A stretch of DNA of 64,000 nt from a virus. The translations under genes and the position numbers were made by a program. Under the pieces are notes generated by a model. That model was not told the origin of the DNA. It did not search any database and saw nothing but the letters and a program-made list of their open reading frames with translations. The stretch is from positions 1 to 64,000 of IMG/VR virus record IMGVR_UViG_3300008114_000042; one strand, 5' to 3'. Of this stretch, positions 28,783 through 39,263 are shown in pieces. Every line of letters begins with the position of its first letter. The first letter of the stretch is position 1.

Positions 28783-31700
28783 ATGTTTACTCCTGATGGA
28801 CTACAAGAACTTGTAGATTCGAACCATACCTTAAAGGTGCTTCCGGTAGTTTTGGCTGAATGGAATATGAATATCCCTGACAACATAGAGCGCTTGGGAA
28901 ACTACCGCTATCGTCCACTTGACAGAGCAGACCCCTACCACCTTATCCCTCTGACCTACGACAAGACAGATGCAGGCAACTACTACACAGGTGCCACGGA
29001 CGCCGACGTGACGGTGGACGGTGGGATGGACGAGAACAATACTCCGTCGATGTTCACCTCCGTCAAGGAGAAGATGAACATGCTCTACTCCTTGGAGGAC
29101 TGCATCAAGCCCCATCGTCCCCGTTCCGGCATCAACAAGCCACTTTACCTTGGCTTCTCTGGTAGTGATGTCCCCTCCGGGCAGTACCTCAACAACTTCG
29201 GGCAGTGGGTTGCGCACCGCCCTCGCTACTATGTATCCTCACGCTACGACCAGTTCAAGTATTGGACCTCCTACCGCACAGAGAAGGGTGTGGAACGAGG
29301 CGTAGCACAGATAGAGCGCAACGGCCTGCACTTCATAGACGACGCCTCACCTTTTGTTGTCTACAAGGAGAAGGTTCCTGCCAATGCTCTCGTTGTCAAA
29401 ATGCAGACCAACATCGGCAGCACCGACCTAGGCCCCTACCGAGTCGGAAGCATAATGATGGATGACCCCCTGTTCTCTCAGCAGAATGCCACCACCCCAC
29501 AGCGCTGGCGTATAGAGGTATTGCGTGGTGACAGTTGGGATACTATCATTGACTTTGGGGACTTCGACTTTAGACCAGACGGTTCCCCTATTGTTCCCCA
29601 CCATGGGCATGTAGAAGTACGCTATGGGATGCACCTCCCCCAGTATTGGGAAGAGCGCATCCGTTTTAAGGGAGAGACAACCAGCAGGGACACCCTACCA
29701 CCGTCAGGCAACGAGTATGGTGACGCCTACTTCATTCAAAACCATGAGGGGGACATAGGATTCTTTTCCATCTGGGAGGGCAACGACTGGTGGGATGAGG
29801 TACCAGAGTACAAGTGGAGCCTCGTGGGTGAGGGTATTGAGAGAGGCACCCCAACTGTCTATGACCTTACCAACCCACTATGGTACACGGCTAACGGAGA
29901 GACACGTTTCCGTGAGTTTGAGTTTATCCGGGGTATTCGTATCGTAGTAGATACTATGCAGAAGACAAACTGTACCTTCGACCTTATTGAGATGTCCCCA
30001 CGCCTCGTAGCAAATATCACTGACAGGTCAGAGACCTACAGCGTCAACAAGACACTAGCAGACTTGGGCAACAGCAGCGTCCCCGTAGGCGACCTACTCG
30101 CATCAACCGGCAACATCACCCTATCCAACAACGATGGGGCCTTCTCACAGTATAACGTCTATTCTGCTGACAACCCCGCAGGGAGCATCATCGCCGTCCA
30201 CGCCAACATGGGAGTCAAGTTCACCTTCTGGGATCATGTGGTAGACCTTACAGACGCAGAGAACGAGTACCTCGTCCCTGTAAAGACACTCTACTCAGAA
30301 GGTCTTCCCCAGTCATCCGGCACGGTAGGGAACATTTCTCTTTCTCTGCGTGATGACTTTGGCTACTTGGAGTCACAGCCAGCACCCTCACTCTTCCTAC
30401 AGGATATCTCCCTCTCCTATGCAGTCATCACTCTCCTTGACTACATCGGGTTCAGCAATTTCATCTTCAAGCGTCTGGAAGACCAGACCGATCCCATCAT
30501 CCCCTACTTCTTCGTAGCCCCCGACCAGAACGTAGCAGAGGTGCTCCGCCACCTTGCTGTTGCTACGCAGTCAGCCATGTTCTTCGATGAGTACAATAAC
30601 TTTGTCGTTATGTCCAAAGAATATATGATGCCCACAGGCACCGAGCGTGCGACAGATGGAGAACTCCGAGGCCACGAGATAGAGGATAGACTGGCAAACA
30701 TCATCAACCTTTCATCAGACGAGAAGCGTGTCTACAACGCAGGCGCTATCAACTATACCACTCGCTATATCCAGCGCTCCTATGGCTCACTTCGTCAGGC
30801 GCAGTTCATCGACAAGTTCAAGACTTGGATTTACAAGCCTGTGCTCCTATGGGAAGTGGCCCCAACAGAGAGCCTGCGCACCATCAACGAACTCGCAGCA
30901 GCACAGTCTGCCTATGCCCTTGCTGCTTCGCCACTCAGTGGGTCTATCTCTGACAATCCACCAACGGTAGTCAACAACAACCTCGTAGACAACATTATCG
31001 ACCTAGGAGAGAACGTCTACTGGATCACTCGTCCACAGGGCTACTTGTACGCCAACGGAGAAATCATTCGCTATGACTCTATGGAATACAGCGTGCAGGG
31101 GATAGGCAATGTATGGATAAGCGACAACGCAGAATACCAGCGCTACTTCGCCAACCTTCCCTTTAATGGAAAGATGTATCCCACAGGCAACCTGCGCATC
31201 TATGCTGAGCCGCACTACGAATACTACGGCGGCGAACTACACATGAAGAATGGTGACGTAGCCCAGCACGGCAGAGGGCAGTTCGGCACTCCAATCGTCA
31301 AGCATCTTGCAGGCATCGACGGGTACTGGACAGACAACGCCAACGTAGATGGAATGAAGATGGAAGCAGACTACCTCTTCGACCCAAGTGACGTGCTCCA
31401 CTATCCCTTGAACATGGTGCAGAATGTCCCTGCTGGTTCTGATGGGGGCAAGTCCAAGTTCTCTTCTCGCAACTCCATCATCAAGAACTTCATGGCAGAC
31501 ACACACTGGACAGAGGACGATACTCGCTACTTCAAGACAGCACAGACAGGGACTATCCAGTCATCAGCACTTGTATTCCAAGGTCCCAACTTTGAGAGTG
31601 ATGAGGACCCCAAGGACTACATCTCTTACGTCACTCGTCACTTCGATCAGCCATTCCGTCATTTTGGCACCCGTCTGCGTGTCATCGGTCAGATGAAGGC

Positions 31701-33333
31701 AAAGTCAAACCAAGAGCAGTTCCCTGCCGGTGCTACGGAATACTATGTCGTAGACACTATCGGTCCAGACAAGACAGTCTCCATCGCAGGAGGCAGCGCC
31801 GGTCTGGGCATCATGGTAGACAAGAAAACGAACTCTGGATACTTCGCAGAGATATGCGCCCTCACCGATGTTGACTACAAGGTTCCCACACAGAAAGAGA
31901 AACCAGTTCAGTACAAGGTTGTCAGCACTAACATCGTCAATAAGGTTGCCATAGTCAAGACAGAGACCAACCACTCATTCATCGTAGGCGACCGGGTAGT
32001 GATGCAGGGCTTTGCTAACCAAGCACTTAATAACGAGTGGGAGGTCACCTCCGTGAGCGCAGGAGAGTTGCGCTTTGTCTGCGGCCTACCAGATGAAAAC
32101 GCAGGACCCGGAGTAGCCGAGAAGCGCCTTGCCTTGCTTTCCCACGTAAACAACATCATCTTCTGGAAGACGATGGTAAAGGATGGACAACTTATCCCCG
32201 TCAAACTGTGGAGCGGCCTAGCAGAGATACTCGTTGATGAGGGAAAGTTCTACGGACAGCAGCGCTTTGCCAACACAGACAAGACTACCGTGTATGACTT
32301 GGAGATAGAGTACAAGGACTTTGGCACTAGCAGAACCTTCTACATCTACCTCAACGGCAAGCAGGTTGCTACTGTGCGTGATGATGCTCCACTCAACAAC
32401 TACAATACCGCCTGCCTCTTCATCCGGGGCAAGGCAAAGGCCATGTTTGAGAACTTCTTCGCCCTGTCAGAGAACTATTCCGAGAATACTATCTCCGTTG
32501 TAGCAGACCAGATTGCAGATGTCTTCGGAGACAGTGAGATAGACTCTACCGAAGCATTCCGCAAGTATGCTATGAGCGGCTTCATTCAGGCATCCTACCT
32601 TTCAGGCATCAGCACTTTGGAGCCACCCAAGTACAAGATGTTCTTTGAAGAGTTTGGCACCATCATGCGAGAGGCAGCGCACATCACAGCGAAGTACGAC
32701 CAAGCCTACCCTGCCCTCTCCGCACAGATCAGCCCCACATTCAACAGGGTAAAGGGATATGTAACCTCTGGCTTCTATGCAGGCTCCTATGAGGCAGATT
32801 TCCTTGTCTTCAACTGCTCTGACAAAACTATCAACCTTGATGCCACTACAGGTAACTACCTACGCATCCAAGGCGTCACCTTCACCCAGAACACTACCAA
32901 GACACTCACCGTGGATGACTACTACAAGAAGGTGTCCAACCTAGCCGACCCGCCACTACAGGATGATGTCATGCTCTACAATCCACTCCATCGCAAGGAA
33001 GAGTTCGACAAGATAAAGGTAAGTCGCATCAAGTATGGGTACAAGGAGTTCGGTGGGCTGGACAGCATCTACATCCAAGACGACAGCACCGCAGAGAATA
33101 TCCTTGAATGGGTGACGAGAAAGACGATGACCCCACGCAAACTCATCGGAGTGAATGTCTTTGGTATGCCCGGTCTTCAACTAGGTGATATCCTCTCCCT
33201 TCACTACAAGGCAGAAGACGATCTAGACTTTGATATTGTTGCCCCAGACGGCACACGGTTCGTAACCTACTCCATAGCGTATAATAGGACACCACAGGGA
33301 ACAACAACTACGGCATACTTGGTGGAGGTGTAG
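28783..33333 (+). CDS. large minor tail protein (hub/central fibre)
   Basis: 1516 aa; LQLGDIL C-terminal motif; synteny. Confidence 0.7.
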   Translation: MFTPDGLQELVDSNHTLKVLPVVLAEWNMNIPDNIERLGNYRYRPLDRADPYHLIPLTYDKTDAGNYYTGATDADVTVDGGMDENNTPSMFTSVKEKMNMLYSLEDCIKPHRPRSGINKPLYLGFSGSDVPSGQYLNNFGQWVAHRPRYYVSSRYDQFKYWTSYRTEKGVERGVAQIERNGLHFIDDASPFVVYKEKVPANALVVKMQTNIGSTDLGPYRVGSIMMDDPLFSQQNATTPQRWRIEVLRGDSWDTIIDFGDFDFRPDGSPIVPHHGHVEVRYGMHLPQYWEERIRFKGETTSRDTLPPSGNEYGDAYFIQNHEGDIGFFSIWEGNDWWDEVPEYKWSLVGEGIERGTPTVYDLTNPLWYTANGETRFREFEFIRGIRIVVDTMQKTNCTFDLIEMSPRLVANITDRSETYSVNKTLADLGNSSVPVGDLLASTGNITLSNNDGAFSQYNVYSADNPAGSIIAVHANMGVKFTFWDHVVDLTDAENEYLVPVKTLYSEGLPQSSGTVGNISLSLRDDFGYLESQPAPSLFLQDISLSYAVITLLDYIGFSNFIFKRLEDQTDPIIPYFFVAPDQNVAEVLRHLAVATQSAMFFDEYNNFVVMSKEYMMPTGTERATDGELRGHEIEDRLANIINLSSDEKRVYNAGAINYTTRYIQRSYGSLRQAQFIDKFKTWIYKPVLLWEVAPTESLRTINELAAAQSAYALAASPLSGSISDNPPTVVNNNLVDNIIDLGENVYWITRPQGYLYANGEIIRYDSMEYSVQGIGNVWISDNAEYQRYFANLPFNGKMYPTGNLRIYAEPHYEYYGGELHMKNGDVAQHGRGQFGTPIVKHLAGIDGYWTDNANVDGMKMEADYLFDPSDVLHYPLNMVQNVPAGSDGGKSKFSSRNSIIKNFMADTHWTEDDTRYFKTAQTGTIQSSALVFQGPNFESDEDPKDYISYVTRHFDQPFRHFGTRLRVIGQMKAKSNQEQFPAGATEYYVVDTIGPDKTVSIAGGSAGLGIMVDKKTNSGYFAEICALTDVDYKVPTQKEKPVQYKVVSTNIVNKVAIVKTETNHSFIVGDRVVMQGFANQALNNEWEVTSVSAGELRFVCGLPDENAGPGVAEKRLALLSHVNNIIFWKTMVKDGQLIPVKLWSGLAEILVDEGKFYGQQRFANTDKTTVYDLEIEYKDFGTSRTFYIYLNGKQVATVRDDAPLNNYNTACLFIRGKAKAMFENFFALSENYSENTISVVADQIADVFGDSEIDSTEAFRKYAMSGFIQASYLSGISTLEPPKYKMFFEEFGTIMREAAHITAKYDQAYPALSAQISPTFNRVKGYVTSGFYAGSYEADFLVFNCSDKTINLDATTGNYLRIQGVTFTQNTTKTLTVDDYYKKVSNLADPPLQDDVMLYNPLHRKEEFDKIKVSRIKYGYKEFGGLDSIYIQDDSTAENILEWVTRKTMTPRKLIGVNVFGMPGLQLGDILSLHYKAEDDLDFDIVAPDGTRFVTYSIAYNRTPQGTTTTAYLVEV

Positions 33334-33334
33334 T

Positions 33335-33811
33335 ATGGTAGAGTACGCACCACCCGCTCCTAGGGCAACACCACCACATCTAGTAAACTACAATAATGGT
33401 GGGACTTCTCCTAACGCCTATGTGGTCAAGCAGTCATCAGATGTCATCACCAGAGACAACGAGGGTATGCCGTCAGAGATAATGACGGATATGATCTTTG
33501 AAGCAATCGGCGGTACAGAGATTCTCACCGTAGCCAGACACGACACGGTGTATGGACAGGACGTATCCTTCTCTTATCTCAAGGACCTAGGTGCTCTCGC
33601 CCAGTCATTCAACCCTACCAATATTCTCTCCCACGGTAACGATGAAGGCTTCTTCAAGCAGTTCGCTATCGACATCGCATCCCGTATGCCTGATACCTCA
33701 AAAGCGTACTTGGATAGGGAGGGAAACCTTGTGTTGGAGTTTGAATCGATGAACTCTGACGAACTAGTGGAGATAGAAGTCTCTAGAAATGGTATAATAT
33801 ACACATTATGA
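33335..33811 (+). CDS. minor tail protein (putative)
   Basis: Contiguous with the tail operon. Confidence 0.55.
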   Translation: MVEYAPPAPRATPPHLVNYNNGGTSPNAYVVKQSSDVITRDNEGMPSEIMTDMIFEAIGGTEILTVARHDTVYGQDVSFSYLKDLGALAQSFNPTNILSHGNDEGFFKQFAIDIASRMPDTSKAYLDREGNLVLEFESMNSDELVEIEVSRNGIIYTL

Positions 33812-34872
33812 TAACAAATGACGGAAAGGAACTCATCGGTAAGTTCCTCCTTGGACAGGCCCCCTCTTATGCTACTCACCTTGCCTTCGGCTGTGGTGCC
33901 ACCCCCGGAGACAAGAACTACGCCCAGCGCAAGGGTATGAAGTTTGAGATGTTTCGTGTCCCTATCTCATCCAAGGGCTTCGTCAATGACAAGGGTATCA
34001 CCAAGATCGCCTTCTCCGCAGAACTCCCCACGGAAGAGAAGTTTGAGATAACAGAGGTCGCCCTGTGGTCAGCAGGCCATAACGCCCTCGCCCTCAACTC
34101 CGACAGCCGACTGCTCTTTGGCTTTGGAGCAGGGGAGAACTGGAAACTCCACACCCCAACCGGGGTACAGAATATCCTTGAGCAATACTCTGCTCTCAAT
34201 GCTGGGATAACTGCCAACCCTATCAGTGGCCCAGCCCCTATCTTCATCACCAACGCAGACAACGTTGCCCTGCAAACTTCTCCTCGTAAGGAACGCCACG
34301 AGGGTACACGCTACCTCAACAGGACCATTATGTTTGCGGGGAACAGCACAGACCATATTCACCTTGATGGTCGTACCGTCAACCTAACAGAAAATACTCC
34401 CAATGATGAGATAAAAATAGCCCTCTGCGTATTCAGTGCCCTTGACAGCAATGCCACTCCCCCAGCACAGGTGAATGTCGAAGTAGAGTTTCTCGCTTCT
34501 GAACTTGACGACAGTGTGGGCTTTGCCAAACTTACCGCACGGCTTACTTCTGCCGACCTAGCAGCAGGCCGCTATGTCATCATTACCAAGAAACTCAGCG
34601 AGTTGGAATACTCCCCACAGTTCTCGTGGAGCGACGTTCAGGTCACCCGCATCAGCGCCAACGCCAACAACGATCCCAACTACTTCGTTGCTATGGATGC
34701 CATTCGCTTTGAGAATATGTCCCAGCCGAACCCACTCTACGTTATGACCGGGTATGCAGTAACAGACATAGAATATCGGGACAACCTAGGAAAGGTGTTC
34801 CATAAGCCCATCAGCAAAATGGCAAACACTTCCAACTATGTGGAGTTCCGCTTCTCGCTAGGAGTAACATGA
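33808..34872 (+). CDS. minor tail/baseplate protein
   Basis: MITNDGKELIGKFL...ITEVALW N-terminal motif typical of tail-fibre/baseplate proteins. Confidence 0.6.
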   Translation: MITNDGKELIGKFLLGQAPSYATHLAFGCGATPGDKNYAQRKGMKFEMFRVPISSKGFVNDKGITKIAFSAELPTEEKFEITEVALWSAGHNALALNSDSRLLFGFGAGENWKLHTPTGVQNILEQYSALNAGITANPISGPAPIFITNADNVALQTSPRKERHEGTRYLNRTIMFAGNSTDHIHLDGRTVNLTENTPNDEIKIALCVFSALDSNATPPAQVNVEVEFLASELDDSVGFAKLTARLTSADLAAGRYVIITKKLSELEYSPQFSWSDVQVTRISANANNDPNYFVAMDAIRFENMSQPNPLYVMTGYAVTDIEYRDNLGKVFHKPISKMANTSNYVEFRFSLGVT

Positions 34873-35312
34873 CATTCAAGGTAGTTGTGCGTAGGAATGA
34901 GTTGCCTCCTATCAATAATGCTACCGGAGGTTATAGGGTAAGGTTTCGCATCGTGTCTGCTGACCGCAACCGTACATCGGCATGGGTTGCCACCTCCTTG
35001 ACTCCCTTGACTGCTCGTACCCGTAACCTAGGCTTGGGTATGGTTGCCAAGGTAGACAAGACAACCAACCCTTCATCCATCACCGCAACTTGGGACTATG
35101 ACCCTGACACGAAGGATGAGTACGATGTCTATGTAGCATACGACACCGATCAGTGGGAATTCAAGGGTAGGACAGCCATGCTTACCTATACTTGGCTGGC
35201 TCCCACCGGAAAATCTACAGCGAAGATAGAGATAAAGTCCCCCTCCTATCCCGTGGGAGAGTGGTCAGAACTGCCCCCACCCCTTTACACGACCTCTGTC
35301 AGTCTGGTATAA
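34869..35312 (+). CDS. minor tail protein with FN3/Ig-like fold (putative)
   Basis: YRVRFRIVSADRNRTSAW, SITATWD; ATGA overlap. Confidence 0.5.
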   Translation: MTFKVVVRRNELPPINNATGGYRVRFRIVSADRNRTSAWVATSLTPLTARTRNLGLGMVAKVDKTTNPSSITATWDYDPDTKDEYDVYVAYDTDQWEFKGRTAMLTYTWLAPTGKSTAKIEIKSPSYPVGEWSELPPPLYTTSVSLV

Positions 35313-35319
35313 TAGGGGT

Positions 35320-35763
35320 ATGTCACGAGTACCCTTGCCAGATAGAGGCAACCCACTAGACGTTACTTACCTCTACTCCCTCGCACAGGCTATCAACGAC
35401 ATAGCAAGCGAGGTATCTTCTGCCACCTACAACTACACTACCGTCAAGACCCGTGAGATGGGTGACCAGAATATCAAGACATCCGAAGCACGCATCGTCG
35501 CAGGGTACCTAGATGTAGTCAATAACGAGAACGTCCTAGCAGGAACAACCAAGGCATTCTCCTTCAACTATCCCTCTGACTTCAAGTATGCTCCTATCGT
35601 TACAGCAACACCAGTCAACGCAGGCAACACTCCCATCGGCAACGATGTCACCGTTGTCCTCAACTCCGTGACCACCAACCGAGTAGATGGAAACATCAAG
35701 TTTAACACTACTGGCACCCTGTCAGTCAGCATCAACTACATCGTCATCGGTATTCCCACTTGA
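35320..35763 (+). CDS. minor tail protein (H-type-lectin-like C-terminus)
   Basis: FKYAPIVTATP...INYIVIG; TGGTATAAT at 35305. Confidence 0.55.
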   Translation: MSRVPLPDRGNPLDVTYLYSLAQAINDIASEVSSATYNYTTVKTREMGDQNIKTSEARIVAGYLDVVNNENVLAGTTKAFSFNYPSDFKYAPIVTATPVNAGNTPIGNDVTVVLNSVTTNRVDGNIKFNTTGTLSVSINYIVIGIPT

Positions 35764-35788
35764 CATTTACCAACTAAAGTGGTATAAT
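35760..35788 (+). promoter_or_regulatory. consensus promoter TTGACA-N17-TATAAT with extended TG
   Basis: Exact hexamers; ATG 6 nt downstream. Confidence 0.8.
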
Positions 35789-35794
35789 GTTACT

Positions 35795-36295
35795 ATGGAC
35801 AGACCAAAGAACGCTCAGCGCAGAGCAAAGGTGTGGTTTCTCAACGGAGAAATAGTCTACGTTTATCATATGAGTCGTGCGCAAGGGATAGTCACCCTCT
35901 ACAACAAGACCAGATCGGTAAGGCAGCAGACAACCGTGCAGGAATGGACCCGCAAGCGTAGGAGAGCCTACACGGTGATGAAAACTAGCGAGTTACTCAA
36001 CTACCACCGTAAGTCGTTAAGCCGCCTAGCACGCCTAGAAATCATTCCTATGCCCACCCCAGAGAGCGGCATCCGGGCAATGGGGCACTACGCCTACTAT
36101 TCAGAAGACGATGTTATAGAAATTAGAAAGATACTGGCTGGCATCCACCACGGTAATGCGAGGAAGGATGGACTGGTCACCAACAACAAAATCCCCACAG
36201 AGCAAGAACTAAAACACAGGATGGGTGATGGTCAGATACTTTACCTTAAAAATGATGAGGGTAAGTTCGTCCCCGTCTTTAGCGAAACCATCTAG
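35795..36295 (+). CDS. HTH (MerR-like) DNA-binding protein
   Basis: AYTVMKTSELLNYHRKSL, YYSEDDV; heads the replication module. Confidence 0.55.
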   Translation: MDRPKNAQRRAKVWFLNGEIVYVYHMSRAQGIVTLYNKTRSVRQQTTVQEWTRKRRRAYTVMKTSELLNYHRKSLSRLARLEIIPMPTPESGIRAMGHYAYYSEDDVIEIRKILAGIHHGNARKDGLVTNNKIPTEQELKHRMGDGQILYLKNDEGKFVPVFSETI

Positions 36296-36351
36296 GGTCT
36301 TGACACCCTATCAAAAGAGTGCTACACTAGTAGCCTACGAAGGAGAAAAGT

Positions 36352-36549
36352 ATGGATGAAACACGAATCAAGTGGGCCGCTGGCTACACTTTGAATGTTG
36401 GAAACTTCCAGTCCCTACGCCTTGACTGTGAAATCACAGATCATACGCGAGGTGACGAGACAGTTGTAGAGGCATCAAACCGTGTCTACAAACTGGTGGA
36501 AGAGCAACTAGGAAAGAAGTTGGAAGAGGCACGAGAGGCACTAGGGTGA
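36352..36549 (+). CDS. hypothetical protein
   Basis: AAGGAG RBS; upstream TTGACA...TACACT promoter. Confidence 0.7.
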   Translation: MDETRIKWAAGYTLNVGNFQSLRLDCEITDHTRGDETVVEASNRVYKLVEEQLGKKLEEAREALG

Positions 36550-36770
36550 ACAGGAAGGCACACGCTTATAGAGCAATAAACGAACGCCCACTGGTCCTAT
36601 GTGCATGGGGAAACACCCCATCGCAGGCAATGAGGAAACTTGCTACAATCATTAAGGATGTAATGGAGGATTACCCCCACAGCCTCGTCCTTGGGTTGAG
36701 CACTCATTATGACGATGACTTTGTGTTCCATATTACAGCGACACTATCGCTGTCTGTCCTAGGAGAGTAA
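36546..36770 (+). CDS. hypothetical protein
   Basis: GTGA and TAATG coupled ORF. Confidence 0.6.
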   Translation: MNRKAHAYRAINERPLVLCAWGNTPSQAMRKLATIIKDVMEDYPHSLVLGLSTHYDDDFVFHITATLSLSVLGE

Positions 36771-37078
36771 TGGCTGACCGTAAGGATCGTTTCAAACTCA
36801 TCAGAGAGTTTGTATCTCTATACCAGCAACGGTATGGGAAGGTTGCGATTATCAACCGCAACACAGAGCAGTGGAATGCAGAGGGCATCATCGACACCTT
36901 TGGTATGGATGGCAGCATTGAACTACTGCACTACTATTTCAGTTATGCACAGAGCCCTAACTGGACAACCTTCGCCCGAACCTATGACAAAATCTATCTG
37001 GCGAAGCAGGCAATGGAAACAGATTTGCGTGAACGCGCAGAGCGACGAGAGAAAGCAAAGGAGTGGCTGGCGAAGTGA
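36770..37078 (+). CDS. hypothetical protein upstream of helicase
   Basis: AGGAG RBS, coupled to dnaB. Confidence 0.65.
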   Translation: MADRKDRFKLIREFVSLYQQRYGKVAIINRNTEQWNAEGIIDTFGMDGSIELLHYYFSYAQSPNWTTFARTYDKIYLAKQAMETDLRERAERREKAKEWLAK

Positions 37079-38295
37079 TTAATCTAGAAGACAAGGTACT
37101 ATCTGCTGTCCTTACAGACAGGCAGGTTCATATTCTCCTACAGGCGAACGTGGATGAGGTTCTCCGTACCCACAAGGACGTATGGGGCTTTATCAAGACC
37201 TACTACGAGAATAACCAGTCTACCCCACCCGTTGCTCTTGTTGAGTCAAAGTTTCCAGACTTCGAATACACTTCGGAGGTAGGTGCCACCAAGTATCACC
37301 TTGATGAGTTGCGACAGGACTATCTTGAGGACAACTTCAAGATCGCTCTCCGCTCTGCTGCTACTTCTATCCAAGAGGGTAGGACAGCAGAGGCACTTGA
37401 CCTTCTCATCAAGGATACTAGCGCACTCAAGAAGATCACGGCAGACGTTCGTGACCTTGACATCGCAGACGTTGATGACGCCGTTGCCTATTTTGAGAAG
37501 GTTCGTGAGTTGATGGAGAGTGGCTTCCACGGCATTCGCACAGGACTCGCAGGCTTCGACAACTACATCACTTCTGGCATTACCCCCGGACAGTTGGGTG
37601 TGCTCCTTGCCTACCCTGCTATTGGTAAGTCGTGGATGTCTCAATACTTCGCAGTTCAAGCATGGAAGCATGGGCGTACCCCGCTCATCATCAGTCTGGA
37701 AATGACGGAGGAAGAGGTACGAAACCGACTCTTCACCATTATCGGTGAGGGCTTCTGGTCCCACAAGAACCTTTCCTCTGGTAAGGTAGAACTGGATATG
37801 TTCAAGAAGTGGGCACAGAAGACATTTGAGGGAAAGCCACCATTCCATATCATCAGCAGCGACGGTATGGGAGAGGTCACCCCATCAGTAGTCAGAGGTA
37901 AGATTGAGCAATATAAGCCTGATATCGTTTTTATCGACTATATCAATCTAATGCAGTCTAACCAGCGTTCTGATAGTGAGCCAGTCAAGATGAAGAATAT
38001 CTCCCGTGAGTTGAAGTTGCTGGCGATTGGAACACACGTTCCTATTATGGCTATTTCGTCTGCTACGCCAGATGAGACCAGCAATATGAATACTGTTCCT
38101 ACCCTTGGACAGATTCGATGGGGAAAGGACCTTGCCTACGATGCTGACTTTTTGCTTGCTATGGGCCGTGATGCAAACTCCGATACAATTTCTTGTGTCT
38201 TTCGCAAGAACCGGAATGGCTTTCTTGGTGAATTCCTTGTTCAGGTGGACTTTGATAGCGGCAGGTTCAGGGATATCGATTTGTCTGGCGTATGA
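37075..38295 (+). CDS. dnaB: replicative DNA helicase (DnaB-like)
   Basis: Walker A AYPAIGKS, SLEM, VFIDYINLM, ISRELKLLA, KNRNG. Confidence 0.9.
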   Translation: MINLEDKVLSAVLTDRQVHILLQANVDEVLRTHKDVWGFIKTYYENNQSTPPVALVESKFPDFEYTSEVGATKYHLDELRQDYLEDNFKIALRSAATSIQEGRTAEALDLLIKDTSALKKITADVRDLDIADVDDAVAYFEKVRELMESGFHGIRTGLAGFDNYITSGITPGQLGVLLAYPAIGKSWMSQYFAVQAWKHGRTPLIISLEMTEEEVRNRLFTIIGEGFWSHKNLSSGKVELDMFKKWAQKTFEGKPPFHIISSDGMGEVTPSVVRGKIEQYKPDIVFIDYINLMQSNQRSDSEPVKMKNISRELKLLAIGTHVPIMAISSATPDETSNMNTVPTLGQIRWGKDLAYDADFLLAMGRDANSDTISCVFRKNRNGFLGEFLVQVDFDSGRFRDIDLSGV

Positions 38296-38319
38296 TACAA
38301 TATATTTGGAGAGATACAA

Positions 38320-38496
38320 ATGAAACACGATGAACTATGCCCTTCTGCCTACACCTTTGGTGTGTGTGAATGCGATCTTATTCGCAGGGTAATGCAGAGG
38401 GAAGAGTCAAAATACGAAATAGAACTTGACAGAAAAAGAATGGAATGGTACAATAATGGCTTCAGAGAAGGAGAGCGTCATGGAAGAAGATTTTAG
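38320..38496 (+). CDS. 58-aa His/Cys-motif protein (MKHDELCP...CECDLIRRV)
   Basis: GGAG RBS; hand-translated; motif shared with ORFs at 38480, 62237 and 62374. Confidence 0.55.
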   Translation: MKHDELCPSAYTFGVCECDLIRRVMQREESKYEIELDRKRMEWYNNGFREGERHGRRF

Positions 38497-38782
38497 TAAG
38501 CCCCACGATTGGCAGTGCCCGACACAACAGGGACACGAGACTTGCCTATGTGATTTCATCGGGAGCATTAGGCAGCAGAATGCCGAGGTAGTAGATGGAA
38601 TGATCCGAAGCGTCCTTCCCCCTATTGAGAATGCATTCCCTCCCCATAATGATGAGGACGAGGAATGTCTTGGATGCTCCGTCATCCAGTACCTTCTACA
38701 GATGCCTTTCATTCTAAACCCCAATTACCAACCGCGAGAAGCAGGAGAAGATGATGAAGAGACTGGTGGACCTAACACCTGA
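38480..38782 (+). CDS. hypothetical His/Cys-motif protein
   Basis: AGGAG RBS; HDWQCP...CLCDFI. Confidence 0.6.
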   Translation: MEEDFSKPHDWQCPTQQGHETCLCDFIGSIRQQNAEVVDGMIRSVLPPIENAFPPHNDEDEECLGCSVIQYLLQMPFILNPNYQPREAGEDDEETGGPNT

Positions 38783-38894
38783 GCAGTACGACAAGGTGGT
38801 AGATGACGTGATGGTCTTCCTTTCTGCCTACCCGAATGCTGACAATTCAGCGGTAGAGGAATATATGTATTCCATTATCAGAATGTATGACTAG
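38751..38894 (+). CDS. 47-aa hypothetical protein
   Basis: AGGAG RBS; hand-translated MMKRLVDLTPEQYDKVV... Confidence 0.45.
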   Translation: MMKRLVDLTPEQYDKVVDDVMVFLSAYPNADNSAVEEYMYSIIRMYD

Positions 38895-38909
38895 TGGTAT
38901 AATGTCTCT

Positions 38910-39263
38910 ATGGAAAACTTCGCTCATAAGAAAATAAAGAGGTTTGAACTGGAAGGCCAGATAGTGGACGACAGTGCTATCCCTCGTATGAGAGAAGAGT
39001 ACGAGCGGCTGCTCGTCGCAGGTATGAGATGCGACGGGTATGTCCCAAGACTTGACATAGGACCAGAGTTTACGATACAATATAACCGAACACATTACAC
39101 TTTTACATTATCCGTATATGGCGTGTACCTAGGAAAGAGGCAAGCAGAATGCATCGAAGGACTGGACGGCCCCCGGCCCGTCTATTCACAGAGGAACAGA
39201 TCAGAAGGGTCATCCTCGTTTCGGGAGCAACCATCGAAGGCGAAGTCGGAACAGACTTCCTAG
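38910..39263 (+). CDS. hypothetical protein (likely leaderless)
   Basis: TGGTATAAT 38895-38903 + 6 nt + ATG. Confidence 0.65.
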   Translation: MENFAHKKIKRFELEGQIVDDSAIPRMREEYERLLVAGMRCDGYVPRLDIGPEFTIQYNRTHYTFTLSVYGVYLGKRQAECIEGLDGPRPVYSQRNRSEGSSSFREQPSKAKSEQTS

